From Leucoraja erinacea (taxonomy: Eukaryota), in the NCBI RefSeq assembly GCF_028641065.1, contig NC_073382.1, positions 8,804,001 through 8,868,000 of the forward strand: DNA of 64,000 nucleotides, given 5' to 3'. The translations under genes and the position numbers were made by a program. Every line of letters starts with the position of its first letter. Within the stretch, counting starts at the first letter, position 1. The notes under the pieces are model-generated. The model had not been told where the DNA came from and made no database searches. It saw only the letters and a list, made by a program, of their open reading frames with translations. Positions 35,950-48,870 of this stretch are shown here, piece by piece.

Positions 35950-37545
35950 TTACTTTGACATAAATGTGCATGGTCAGTTAGTAAGTTTGCAGATGACACC
36001 AAGATTGCCAGAGTTGTAGACAGTGAGGAGGGCTGTCAAAGTATACAATGGATTATAGATCATTTAATCCGAGCAAGCGTGAGGTGTTGCACTTTGGGAG
36101 TTCAAATGTAAGGGGAAGATATACAGTTGATTTTAAGACTTAACAGCATTGATGTGCTGAGGGATCTTGCGGGCTAGGCCCATAGCTCCACGAAAGCGGC
36201 AACACAAATAGGGTGGTAATGAAGTTGTGTGAGGTACTTGCCTTCATTAGTCGGAATATTAAGTATAGAAACATAGAAATTAGGTGCAGGAGTAGGCCAT
36301 TCGGCCCTTCGAGCCTGCACCGCCATTCAATATGATCATGGCTGATCATCCAACTCAGTATCCCGTACCTGCCTTCTCTCCATACCCCCTGATCCCCTTA
36401 GCCACAAGGGCCACATCTAACCCCCTCTTAAATATAGCCAATGAACTGGCCTCAACTACCCTCTGTGGCAGAGAGTTCCAGAGATTCACCACTCTCTGTG
36501 TGAAAAAAATTTCTTCTCATCTCGGTTTTAAAGGATTTCCCCCTTATCCTTAAGCTGTGACCCCTTGTCCTGGACTTCCCTAACATCGGGAACATTCTTC
36601 CTGCATCTAGCCTGTCCAACCCCTTAAGAATTTTGTAAGTTTCTATAAGATCCCCTCTCAATCTCTTAAATTCTAGAGAGTATAAACCAAGTCTATCCAG
36701 TCTTTCTTCATAAGACAGTCCTGACATCCCAGGAATCAGTCTGGTGAACCGTCTCTGCACTCCCTACAGAGGGTATAAGCATCATGAAATCATAATGTAA
36801 CTCTATAAGACTTTGGTTAGGCCACAGTTGGAGTACTGCATGCAGTTCTGGTCACCACATAACAGGAAGGATGTGGAGGCTTAGGAGAGGGTGCTGAAGA
36901 GGTTTGCTGCCTAGATATTGGGGTACTAGTTATAAGGAGGGGTTGGACAAACTTGTATTGTTTTTTCTGGAGTGTCAGAAGCTGAAGGGATACTTGATGG
37001 AAGTATATGAAATTATGAGAGTAGCTAATTAATAATAATAGATAGGGTAGACAGTCAGAATATAGAAACAAGGAACTTCAGATGCTGGTAATACACAAAA
37101 TGACATAAAATGCTGGAGTAACTCAGCTAGTCGGGCAGCATCTTTGGGGAACAGGGATAGGTGAAGTTTAGGGTCGAGTCTGAAGAAGGGTCTCGACCCA
37201 GATAGTCAACCATCCACGTTCTTCATATTGCCTGACCTGTTGAATTACTCCAGCACTTTGTGTCCTAGGCAGTCCGAACCGTTTTCCCAGGGTGGAAATG
37301 TCAAAGATTAGAGGTCATAGATTAAAGGCAGGTGCGGGGCAATTTTTTTTTTACACAGAATGTGATGGGTGCCTGGAATGTACTGCCTGGGGTGATGGTG
37401 TTGGAAATATGATACAGGTAGTAGCATTTCAGAGGGTTTTAGATAGATGCAGGGAATGAGGAGACATGAATCGTATTTTGGCAGCATGTTTGGCACAGAT
37501 GTTATGGGCTAAAGAGCCTGTTCCTGTGCTGTACTGTTCTATGTT
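35950..37545. mobile_element. Old CR1 (+) with a nested young CR1 (-, 36265-36765) and a pLTR unit
   Basis: SKFADDTKI on the plus strand; QRRFTRLIPGMSGLSYEERLDRLGLYSLE on the minus strand. Confidence 0.85.
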
Positions 37546-38388
37546 AATTTGTCTTATTCTGTCTATTCATAGATTAGAATTCTCAGTGATAACCATATTA
37601 CTTCTGTAACACTTAATTTTTTTTTTCATTTACACAATGCCCAATATTTGTTTCTCCAAAAGTGCTTCCTGACAGCTAAGAATTTTAACATTTTAATGAT
37701 TTATTCCTTTGATTTCAGCACATTTATATTTAAATAGTTTTAGTAACATAACATGAAAATGTATGTAGGGCAACGTTAGAGAGGACTTGTTTCTTTGTTT
37801 GGATTGTGTTACCATTCTTATTAAGATGTACAATATACCCTCATATTTTCCTGTGTTGCATTTTGCCTGCTACGTTTCTGTCTGTTCCACTATCTTATTT
37901 TGTTTGCTGAACAACACGTGTCTAATATTATTAGCACATTAATAAGAAGCACATATTGCAGGATGGAAAATGTGCTTATTAATTCTTGTCCATTCATCAC
38001 ATTTTTGTTTCATTCTAAGTACAATGTAAAACTTGTTCATTGCTCTTGGTTAATTTTCCTACTTTCTCCAAAATGATGATCAACATGGTCATAAAATGAC
38101 TTCAGGACAGTTGCATATATAAATATTTTAACATTATGACATTCATAATTCATCTTTCACTGCTCCTCAGCATCAATTAATCTGCAACCAGTAGTATTTT
38201 ACCGTATGGTACTTGCCATGTGATATTTTCAACTGCCAAAGGTTTAAGCTTGTGGGAGATAATATCTTCAATTTGAAATTATTTAATATGTTGATTATTA
38301 CTGATAATATTTTGTATGCAACTGATATTTTTTGTATGCAACTGATAACACTATGAGACAGACACCATAACATTAATTATGTTTACAG

Positions 38389-38658
38389 GAATAAGTGACG
38401 TCCTACCATCTACAAGTCTGCCACCGCTGGTTGACGGTCAGATTCGATGTTTTCTAAGGATAACGGTCAGTAAAATCCTGTGGATCATTCTCAAACCACC
38501 AGTAGCCCCTCTTGTTAGACTGCGCTGGTGGGGTGAAACTTCCAATGGCACTTTGTTTCACCCAAGAGATTCTTCGCATTCTGAACCAAAATCTGTGAAA
38601 ACTACTGCTCGATATGCTGTTCGCTGTGGACCAAGACAGTTCACTTCTTACCTTGCAG
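38389..38658 (+). CDS. C2CD3: C2CD3 exon 2 (N-terminal C2-like domain)
   Basis: Reads [26 protein letters not shown]...[19 protein letters not shown]...[19 protein letters not shown] acceptor, GTTAGT donor, 270 nt. Confidence 0.97.
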
Positions 38659-38719
38659 GTTAGTTTCCAATATTATTAATTTTATTTAACTATATCTGCA
38701 AGTTTTCAGTTTTCCTACA

Positions 38720-39830
38720 GTTTTCAGACTCGTATCTTCTTTCCGATGGCAGGAGTGAAATGAGAGCAAGGACATGGTGGTGTGGGTCTTTTGATGATGC
38801 TGGCTGCCTTTTTGAGGCAGTGACTCCTGAGGTTTCCTTAGATGGTGGGGAAATCAGTACCCTTGATGGATTGGGCAGCTTTCACACTTTTTACAGACTT
38901 CATTCTTGGGCATTTAATTTTGCTGAACTAGGTCAATATGCTCTCTACTATACACCTATAGATGTTCAAGAGCGTATTTGTTGACATGCCGAAATTTCCT
39001 CAATCTTCAAAGGAAGTAGAGGCTTTCTTTATGATTGCGTTAACGTGCTGGGTCAAGGATAGAACTTCGGAGATATGCATGCCCAGAAATTTTTTTTTTT
39101 TTGTCTCTCCACCGCCGTCCTGTTGATAAAGAGAGATTTGTGGATCTTTGGCCTTCTTCTAAAGACAGCATTCAGTTCCTTGGATGGACAATATGCTGAA
39201 GTAACTCAGTGGCTCAGGCAGCATCCTTGGAGAATATGGATATGTGATGTTTCGGGTCAGAACCCTTCTTCAGACTGCAAATCAGTTCCGTGGTTTTACT
39301 GATGTTGAGAGCAAGGCTGTGCTGGCAACATTTGGTCAATTGATCTTCCCACATTGACTCGTCACCTTCTGTAATTTATACAATAAGCTTGTGTATTTCT
39401 AAGTGGGAATAGTTTAGGCTTATTGTCATATTACCAAGGCCACAGTGAAGAGCTTTTGTTTGTGTGCTATAAAATCAAATCAGATAATATACACAAATAC
39501 AATCAATCCAAACTCAAGTGCATAAGGTAAAATGAAGAGAAAGAGTACCGGATACAGTTCTTAGCATTGGAGCAAAGCAGTACCAAGGGAATCTTCCATT
39601 GTCCACAATGCGGTAGGTTGGAGAATGGGGAATGTACCAATATCTTATGGAAGGACCTTTCAGAAACCTGATAACAGAGGGGAAGATGCTGTTCATTAGT
39701 CTGGTGGTACTCACTTTCAAACTTCTGTATCTTCTGCCCAACGGGAGCAGGGAGAATAAGGAATGATTGGAGTGGAAAAGGTCTTCATTGTGTTGGCTGC
39801 TTTCCTGAGGCAGCATGAGGTGTAAACAGT
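38720..39830 (-). mobile_element. Two Rex1/Babar-like 3' fragments
   Basis: HSLFSLLPLGRRYRSLKVSTTRLMNSIFPSVIRFL and a degenerate equivalent. Confidence 0.75.
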
Positions 39831-39991
39831 GGTGTCCGAGGTTGTAGGTTTTGATGTTCCCAGAGATCAGCTACTCTTGCACATGCAGATGTGTATTTTT
39901 CATTTCTCGATTAATGTTTGTCCAGTAGCGCAACTGCTAAAACTAGTTTTATATTTACAAAGTTTTTTTTTTCATCTTTTTAATATGATAG

Positions 39992-40149
39992 ATATGGGAG
40001 TGCTGGTATTGGAAGTGTTGACAAAGGCTGACCATCTTCCCATTGGTCGAGTTCAAATAAATGGAATTTCACAACTATCATCCACGTATGAAATTAGTGG
40101 ATTTTTCACAATGATTTCACCTACCTCGGAGAAACTTGGAGAACTACAG
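39992..40149 (+). CDS. C2CD3: C2CD3 exon 3
   Basis: Reads [56 protein letters not shown] acceptor, GTTAGA donor, 158 nt. Confidence 0.97.
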
Positions 40150-41516
40150 GTTAGAAATGCTATTTGCCTTGGTACGTTTGATTAAGAAATGTGGTATTAA
40201 AGTTTGTCCTTACTTGGCAAATAAAATTTCATGATTATTTATTTAATTCAGGAAATAACCGCGCAAACAATCTTTTTTTTCCCAATACTTTTTTCTGCTT
40301 GCTGATTTCCAAAGTAACTTTTAAGTGGTACTCTAATTCCCAATTAAACTCAAGATGGACAGATCCTTTCCCAATCAAACACACTGTATAACTAATTTGG
40401 ACCCGCACAAAAAAACAGATGGTATTCCCTATTTCATAAATCATGTTATATCCAATTAGTGTAATGAAATAGTGCATTATAGCAAAGCCAAGTACACGGG
40501 CAACCAGTTTGGTGGAAGATGAATAAATTATTATGGTGTCACATGTTATCTCATGCAAATGTGAATTGATGTTTATTGCAACCATCATTGCCTATCAGAG
40601 CATCGAGTGTGCTTGAATTTGCTTAGCTGGGGTTGTTTCCAAACAGATGGGTGGTGAGAGGACAAAAAAATGTAAAGGGTATGTTTTAATCAAGGTATTT
40701 AAAACAGAGGCCTAAACAGAGTAAACAGGAAAGGCCCACTCCCCTTTACAGAATAACCAGTTACAAGTAGAAGCGGTGGTGAAGAGTTGGGGAAAATTGT
40801 TTTGACCCAAATTGTGATGAGGGTTTGGAACTTGCTTCCTGAAGAGAGTGACTCAGTCACAGCATCTTTAAAAAGAGCAAAAGCAAAGTAAGGATTCTGG
40901 AAGCGATACCTGCGGAAGCAGTAGAATCTCATAATCGATAAGGCTATATGTAGAGTTCTTGGATATCTAGACCTCTCCTTTTGTGCTGTAAATATGTATG
41001 ATTCCACAATGCAGTTTGAACCGAGTAGTTTTCAGATATTGTCACCAGTATAATAAAGGGGAAAAAATTCAGACAGAGTAATACCTAAAAGTGATTTGTT
41101 TTTGAGGGAAGTAAAATATGTTGGCCTATAGTGTCATTTGTGGATCATTTGGCAACATCCATTCCCGAGTCAGGATGTGACTTGAGCATAAAAATCAAAA
41201 CTGCAATTCCATCATACTGCTGAGGACATGCTTCCCTGTTGTAGTTTTTTTGGGGGGGGCAAGATGTTAACCCAAAGCTTCATCTCCATCAAGTGGATTA
41301 AAAAAAAATATTCATGCTTGTGGTTTCACTTCATGAAGTATTTCATTGGCTGCAAAACATTGAATGAAAAATGTGAAAGACTTTTAAAGTGTGCATGTCT
41401 ACTTTAGTGCATTATTCATCTGTTATTTCATTCCCTACAGTGTGCAACAAAAATATTATGTGTTACATTTGCTGACCATTTACGTTCACTTGTGTTGTTG
41501 TTGAAATGATTTGAAG

Positions 41517-41746
41517 GTTTCACTTGCTGTGGAGTCGCTGACTGACACGTGTGATAGTGGCAGTTCTAATCCAACTACTGACACAAGTATGGATGGTGGA
41601 ATCACAGTTCAAAGTCCTGTCATGGCGCATACTTCAAGAGCAGGATCTTTAGAGAATCTCGTTGAACTTTCTGCTCCTCGCAAATCATCCTTAACCAGCT
41701 TAAGTGGAAAGGAGTCCCTGTCAAGTAGTGCTTCTAATACTCCAAG
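41517..41746 (+). CDS. C2CD3: C2CD3 exon 4
   Basis: Reads VSLAVESLTDTCDS...SASNTPR (human VSLALEPLSETYDS...STTPR). AAG acceptor, GTATCA donor, 230 nt. Confidence 0.92.
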
Positions 41747-42322
41747 GTATCATCAAAATAAATCTTGATTTTATATTTTGTATACATTTTGCATGAAATA
41801 ATGTGTTTCTTCCCTATGTTCACAGCAGCATGCATTTCTATTGTATCTGCTTTGAAAACAATTCTTATGCCTCCTTAATTTTTTTAATTAGACAGACACA
41901 GGGCCAGAATGTGAATTTTGAGAATAATAAGGTGGAGAAATGTGTTCAGCCAGAGATTCAACAACATTGAGCCTAGATGGATTGAAGTAGCAGCTCCCTT
42001 CATCATCTAAGCTCAATTGTGAAAGAAGCCAGTTGAATTGAGATGATGGCAGATGTGAAGTGAAATCAAAGGGAAATTTAATAGATGCAAACTTCACAAA
42101 GGAAGATGTAAAGAAATTAAGACATGGGTGTTAGCAATAAGAGGTTAAGTAAGTAGAAGGTCATGAGGAAACTTTTTTTGGATTGTGTTAGATTATGCCT
42201 TGATTACCGTTTTTGTAGATAATTACATTTAGAAGGCTTGCCTTTGGGGCACAGTTCATCAGAAAACTAATGCGAGGAGAAATAATTTTTGGCTCTTTGT
42301 GTTTTTCTCACCTGCCTCTCAG

Positions 42323-42507
42323 AGGAAGAGATCATTTGTACTTCCAGGAAAATGCAAGAAGTTCCACAAAGACTGGTACATCTGAAGCTAAGGAACTGCT
42401 GAACACGGCTCCTTTGGCCCCTGCTGTGACATTTGCCACTGGCAGCAAGAGGACAGATAAACATGTACTGTCATCAAAGAGCCAGAGTACTAAAAATCTG
42501 ATTTCGG
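42323..42507 (+). CDS. C2CD3: C2CD3 exon 5
   Basis: Reads GRDHLYFQENA...STKNLIS (human GKDHVCFAEN...PTKDLLS). CAG acceptor, GTAAGT donor, 185 nt. Confidence 0.92.
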
Positions 42508-42539
42508 GTAAGTTGCTAACATGAAATCTTATTTTAAGC

Positions 42540-43420
42540 AAGGTACTAAATGAGTACTTTGCATCTGTACTCTACAAAGAGTAGAACATGGAAGATCGTG
42601 CGATCAATGTGGGGTATACCAGAGCTTGCTTTCCCTGGAATGATGGACGCTGAGGGGTGATCTGAAAGAGGTATTAAATTATAAGGTGCAAAGGTAGGAT
42701 ACATGGTCAGAATATATTTTCTTCCATGATAGGGGTATTAAAAACAAGAGTACATAGGTTTAAGGTGAGAGGAAAGAATTTCAGTGCGGATTTGAGGGGA
42801 ATTTTTTTGGTGGGAATGGGTCGATTGGGCTTGTATTCACTGGAGTTTAGAAGGTTGAGAGGGGATCTTCTAGAAACATATAACATTCTTAAGAGATTGG
42901 ACAGACAGGAAAAATGTTCGCCATGTTGGGGAGTCCAGAACTAGGGATCGCCGTTTAAGAATAATGGGTAGGCCATTTAGGCCTGAGATAAGGAAAAACT
43001 TTTTCTCCCAGAGAGAGGTGAATCTGTGGAATACTCTGGCACAGAAGGTAGTGGAGGCCAATTCACTGGACGTTTTCAAGAGAGATTTAGATTTAGCTCT
43101 TAGGGCTAACGGAATCAATGGATATTGGGGAAAAAGCAGGAACGGGGTACTGATTTTAGATGATCAACCATGATCATATTGAATGGCGGTGCTGGCTCGA
43201 AGAGCAGAATGGCCTACCCCTCCAGCTATTTTATATGTATACCGAGTGGTTGTTATGTGGAACCTGCTGTAAAAGGAGATTGTGGGGTTAGATATGGTCA
43301 CTGTGATTAAAATTTGGACAGGCACTTGAATAGGCAAAGCATATTAGGATATAGACCTTATGTGGTAAGAGGATTTATTGTAGTTGAACAGAAATGTTGT
43401 CATATAACTGTGGGCTTTAT
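42540..43420 (+). mobile_element. Nested CR1 3' fragments
   Basis: GLYSLEFRRLRGDLLETY..VNLWNTL inside an older CR1 tail. Confidence 0.8.
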
Positions 43421-44058
43421 AAAAAAATGTTTGTCTGTTCTTCTTAATTTGTTTGGATACCACCTTTAAATTTATTGTTTGTAATGTGTAAATATGCTGT
43501 GTGAGAACCTTTGCTGAGTTGGTTGCAGTTAAATTTGATGGATAAACTTTTGGGGATGGGTGTAACCTGCAATTGTTCTGACCAGTGATTTACAATTCAC
43601 AATTTATACTATTTTTAACTTGGTGTGCAAGAGTTTGTTGGGTAGGGGAGAGTTGGTGTTAAAATGACCGCCCACTAACTGGTATCAGAAATAAAAATAT
43701 TACCATCTATTTATCAAATCCCGCCATATTGAGTTCCACAAAGCCCAAAATTTCACCTTCTCTCAGCCTCGCGTTGCCTCAGTCCCTTAAATATTGTACA
43801 TGGGTCGCCCTTCCTGACCATTAATTTCCTTTACAGTCATTTTTGCCACTTTCCCCTAACAATGAGCAATATTGATCACTGTTCTTGCATGTTGTCACCT
43901 CACTTACAGCATTCATTTATTCTACAGTATTATGGAGCATATTATTGTTCCTCAGATCCATATAATTTCTTGCATATGTTTCCTTTTGAATACCTGATAT
44001 ATTTTACACCTTGTTAATATTTTGAGCACTATGCCACAGTGCAAAAGGAATATCAGTG

Positions 44059-47000
44059 CAGGACTCTCACTTAACTCTTTTTCTCTGTTGTCAGCCGGGC
44101 AACCTAGGCAGCTTTTTAGGTTGCCAAATGACAGTTTAGGTGGTCATTTAAGACAGCTTGCATGACGTGTGCGATAATGTGCTCAGACAAAATGTGTAGT
44201 TACCAGTCGGAATTATGCTAAATGAAGCATTCACATATTATTTCTACTTCAAATAAAGTCACAAACTTAACATATTCACCAATCAAGACATGATATATAC
44301 CACAATGACATGCAGCAAAATTATAATACAGTATATACAGTATCTCAACTCTTTTTACACATTGCAATGAATGTAATTTCTATTATTTCTTTCCACTTCC
44401 AAACAAAAATGTGGTTGGATTATTCAGCCTATGATCAACCTCGATGAGATCAAGCGCAGGCTTGACGATCACTTCGCACAACACCTCCACTCAGTTCGCA
44501 ATAACCAACCTGATCTCCCGGTGGCTCAGCACTTCAACTCCCCCTCCCATTCCGATTCCGACCTTTCTGTCCTGGGCCTCCTCCATTGCCAGAGTGAGGC
44601 CCACCGCAAATTGGAGGAACATCACCTCATATTTCACGAGTAGTTTACACCCCAGCTGTATGAACATTGGCTTCTCCAATTTCAGGTAGTCCTTGTTTTC
44701 TCCCTCATTCCCCTCCCATTCCCAGCTCTCCCACAGCCTCATCCGCTGCTTTTCTCCAGCTTTTTCTGTCTACCAACGGGATCCCACCACTGGCCGCATC
44801 TTCCCTTCTCCTCCCCTGTTGGCTTTCCGCAGAGACCGCTCCCTTCGTAACTCCCTGGTCAATTCGTCCCTTCCCACCCAACCACCCTTTCTTCTGGCAC
44901 TTTCCCTTGCAACCACAGGAAATGCTACACTTGTCACTTTACCTCCCCCCTTGACTCCATTCAAGGACCCAAGCAGTCTTTCCAGGTGCGGCAGAGGTTC
45001 ACCTGCACCTCCTCCAACCTCATCTATTGCATCCGCTGCTCAAGGTGTCAGCTGCTCTACATAGGTGAGACCAAGCGATCGCCCAAAACCTCTGCTCGGT
45101 TCTCAATAACCAACCTGATCTCCCGGTGGCTCAGCATTTCAACTACCCCACCCATTCCGAATCCGACCTTTCTGCCCTGGGCCTCCTCCATGGCCCACTG
45201 TAAATTGGAGCAGCAGCACCTCATATTTTGCTTGGGCAGTTTACACCCCAACGGAATGAACATTGACTTTTCCAATTTCAGGTAGTCCCTGCTTTCTCCT
45301 CCCCTTCCCAGCTCTCCCTCAGCCCACTGTCTCCGCCTCTTCCTTTCTTCTTCCCGCCCCCACCCCACCCCCCACCCTCACATCAGTCTGAAGAAGGATC
45401 TCAACCCGAAACGTCGCCTATACCTTCGCTCCATAGATGCTGCCTCACCCTCTGAGTTTCTACAGCATTTGTATCTACCCATTCGCACAAGTTGTGTTAT
45501 CCCACTTTCCTCACCCACTCCCTACACATTAGGGGCAATTTTACAGAGACAAGTTAACCTACAAAGCCAATGCGTCTTTGGGATGTGGGAGGAAACCCAC
45601 ATGCTTGCAGGGAGAATGTGCAAATTCAACACAGACAGTGCCCGAGGACAGGATCGAACACAGATCTCTGGCGTGTGAGGCAGCAAGTCCACCAGCTGTG
45701 CCACTATATTTTGTTTTCCAACACACAAAAAATTATACGTTGATAACTTTGGTTACTAAAAAAAAGAAACTATCCATTTTCTGTCTTAAATCTCTAAGTG
45801 ATGCTATGTCCCCCTTTACAGCTACTGTATGTTTTAATTCAGTTCAAGACTATGGGGCAGTACATTGGCCATAAAGTTGCTGCCTAAAAGTGCCAGAGAC
45901 CCGGAATTGATCCTGAATATGGGTGCTGTCTGTATGGAGTTTGCTCCTTTTCCCTTTGATTGCATGGGTTTTCTCCGGGTGCTCTTGTTTCCTTCCACAT
46001 TCCAAAGGTGTGCAGGAACCTTTTTCAGACCCAACCCAAAACGTAATATTTTCCTTTTTGTCCAGAGATTCTGTCTGACCTGTTGAGTTACTCCAGCTGT
46101 TTGTGTCTATCTTCAGTTTAAACCAGCATCTGCAGTTCCTGCCTACACACACGATACTATACGTTAGAAATTTGTTAANNNNNNNNNNNNNNNNNNNNNN
46201 NNNNNNNNNNNNNNNNNNNNNNNNNNNNNNNNNNNNNNNNNNNNNNNNNNNNNNNNNNNNNNNNNNNNNNNNNNNNNNNNNNNNNNNNNNNNNNNNNNNN
46301 NNNNNNNNNNNNNNNNNNNNNNNNNNNNNNNNNNACATTTATAACATTGTTTACAGAGTACTATGTTTACATATTCTGTTGTGCTGCTGCAAGTAAGGAT
46401 TTCATTGTTCTAACTGGGACGTGAGAGACCTGACTCTTGACTTACGTGGCTAATGTGTGGGACAGCGCTAGTATACGGGTGATCGGTGGTCGGCGTGGGC
46501 TGAAGGGCCTGTTTCCACGCTGTATCTTTAAATTAAACTAAAAACACTAAAACCAGAGGAAATCTAAAGATAGGTCTCTACCTGAAACATCACTCAATTT
46601 CTTCTATCCAGAGATGCTGGCTGCTCCATGGAGTTCCACGGCACAATTAAAGCATGGAATAATCTTCACCCTACCATAGTTACCCAACCAAATTTAAGAT
46701 AGCAACTAAATTTAAGATAGCTCTTTTTTCCCCATGAACCCTTTTTTGCATGTCCAAGTCAAGTCAAGATAGTTTTATTGTCATGTGTTCCAGATAGGAC
46801 AATGAAATTCACAACAGAATATGTAAACATAATACAGAACAGGAGATAAAAGTGCAGTGTCTCTATATAGCATAGACCATATATAAACACAATAAATAAA
46901 CAGATAAAGTGCAGTAGGCTGTTATTTTTCAGAATTTGGAGTTTGGTGGTGGAGGGTCCACCAGTTTAAATTCCATTTGGCATATTTTTGAAGGACCAGG

Positions 47001-47555
47001 AAACCAAGAAGCAAGAGTTACTCCAGGGAGTTACTCCAGCTCCAGGGAGTGATTCTGCGTTGGTTTTCAATGGTCGCGGCAAGGCGGCGACCGGACAGCA
47101 ATGGCGGCCACATCTCCCACAATGCAAAGGGAGGGAGAAATCCCCGCCGCCGACCAGTTGTCATGGCAGTGCACATGTGCATGGCGGCACATGCGCATAA
47201 CCACGGCCGATGATGTGCTGGTCGTGGTTGTGCGCATGTGCAGGGGGAGGATGTTCAGGCTGTGGCAGTGCGCATGTGCAAGGCGGTCGGCCGTGCCGGC
47301 GGATGAGGAGCGGGCGGAAAGCAGAGGACGGAGAATCGGCAGCCCGGGCACGGACACGGATACGGATGGCGGGCGGAGACGGAGAGTGATAGAGAGAGAG
47401 AGAGAGAGAGATAGAAAGGGGGGGCCCTGCTCAGAGTTGAACGATAGGTGTCCCGGGTGCTTGCCAAGCCAGGCAAAATGGCACAGCTTTTAGGTTGCCC
47501 GCGCGGGACTTTAGGTCGCCATTGGCACCCGGGCAACCATTAATTTCAAGCCCTG
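44059..47555 (+). mobile_element. Composite hAT-like non-autonomous element, copy 1 (contains an N gap)
   Basis: Ends caggactctcacttaac and attaatttcaagccctg, subterminal ggcaacc/ggttgcc motifs, cagtg on both flanks. Cargo: Penelope GIY-YIG pieces, pLTRs, two SINEs and a LINE tail. Confidence 0.75.
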
Positions 47556-47773
47556 CAGTGATGGGAAAACTACTGAGAGGGTGCAGCTTTCAAGGAAGAC
47601 TCCTGTGTTTACAGTTGTTTAGGTTCACGTACTTATATAGCATAATCAAAAACAAACATTATCGACTAAGCACTTTGAAGTTTCACGTAGAAAGGGTTTT
47701 GATGTAAATTCATATTGTTATAGTAGTAGAGAATTCTTGCAGTTGTGCACTCAATTAATATTTTTCTTTGCAG

Positions 47774-47909
47774 TTCTATTAGACCGAGGTAGCAAATTGC
47801 GAAATGCGATGGTGGTTTCGGCAATGAAAACTGTTCCCGATGGTGTATCCGGATTAATGGATGTTCCTTCCTCACCTCAATGTCATCCTATGGATGTACC
47901 ACAATCAAA
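47774..47909 (+). CDS. C2CD3: C2CD3 exon 6
   Basis: Reads VLLDRGSKLRNAMVVSAMKTVPD... (human [22 protein letters not shown]). CAG acceptor, GTAAGC donor, 136 nt. Confidence 0.94.
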
Positions 47910-47984
47910 GTAAGCTTGATAAAACTCTGAGCGGTTGCAAAACCCTTTTCTGTGCCTTAATAAATATAATCAATGCCTTCAGCA

Positions 47985-48870
47985 AGGCATTTCATAAGGT
48001 AGCCCATCAAAGATTTGAATGAGTATGTAGAAGACATAATTAGTAAGTTTATAGATGACACTAAAGTGGATGGTATTGTCGATAGCGAAGATGATTGTCA
48101 AACATTGAAGCAGGATCTTGATCAATTGGGCAGGTGGGCATTTTGGGAAGTCAAGCCAGGGCAGGACCTACTCAGTGAATGGCAGGGCTCTGGGGAGTGT
48201 TGTAGAGGGATCTTGGAGTGCTGGTACATTGATACTTGAAAGTGACATCACAGGTAGATTGGGTGGCCAAGAAGACTTACAGAACATTGGCCTTCATCAG
48301 TCAGGGTATTCAGTATCTAATTTAACTTGTTACATTACAGTTGTATAAGATGTTGGTGATTGTGTTTTGGAATATTATGTTTAATTTTGGTCACCCTGCC
48401 ATAAGAAGGATGTTATTAAGCTGAAAAGAGTGAAGACATGATTTATGGAGATATTGGAAGGACTTGCGGGCCTGAGTTATTGGGAGAGGCTTGGCAGGCT
48501 TGGACTTTATTCCTCGAAGTGCAAGAGGCAGAGGGGTGATCTTATGGAAGTATATAAGATCATGAGGAGAATAGAAAGGGTGAATGCACAGAGTATTTTA
48601 CCCAGTGTAGGGTAATCAAGACCAGAGCACGAGTTTAAAGTGAGAGAGGAAATATTTAATAGGAACCTGAGGGGCAACTACTTCACACAGAAGGTGGTAG
48701 GCATGTGGAACAAGCTGCCAGAGGAGGTAGTTGATTGAGGCAGGTATTATATCAACATTTTAAAGAAATTTGGCCAGGTACATGGAAAGGAAAACTTCAG
48801 AGGGATATTGGCCAAACATGGGCAGGTGGGACTAATGTAGATAGAGCATCTTGTTCGGTATGATTGGTTT
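47985..48870 (+). mobile_element. Old CR1 RT/3' fragment
   Basis: ISKFIDDTKVDGIVDSEDDCQTLKQDLDQL. Confidence 0.85.

Noticed and set aside
46179-46334. ORFs containing X runs (also 59054-59203)
   Set aside because: These are assembly gaps.
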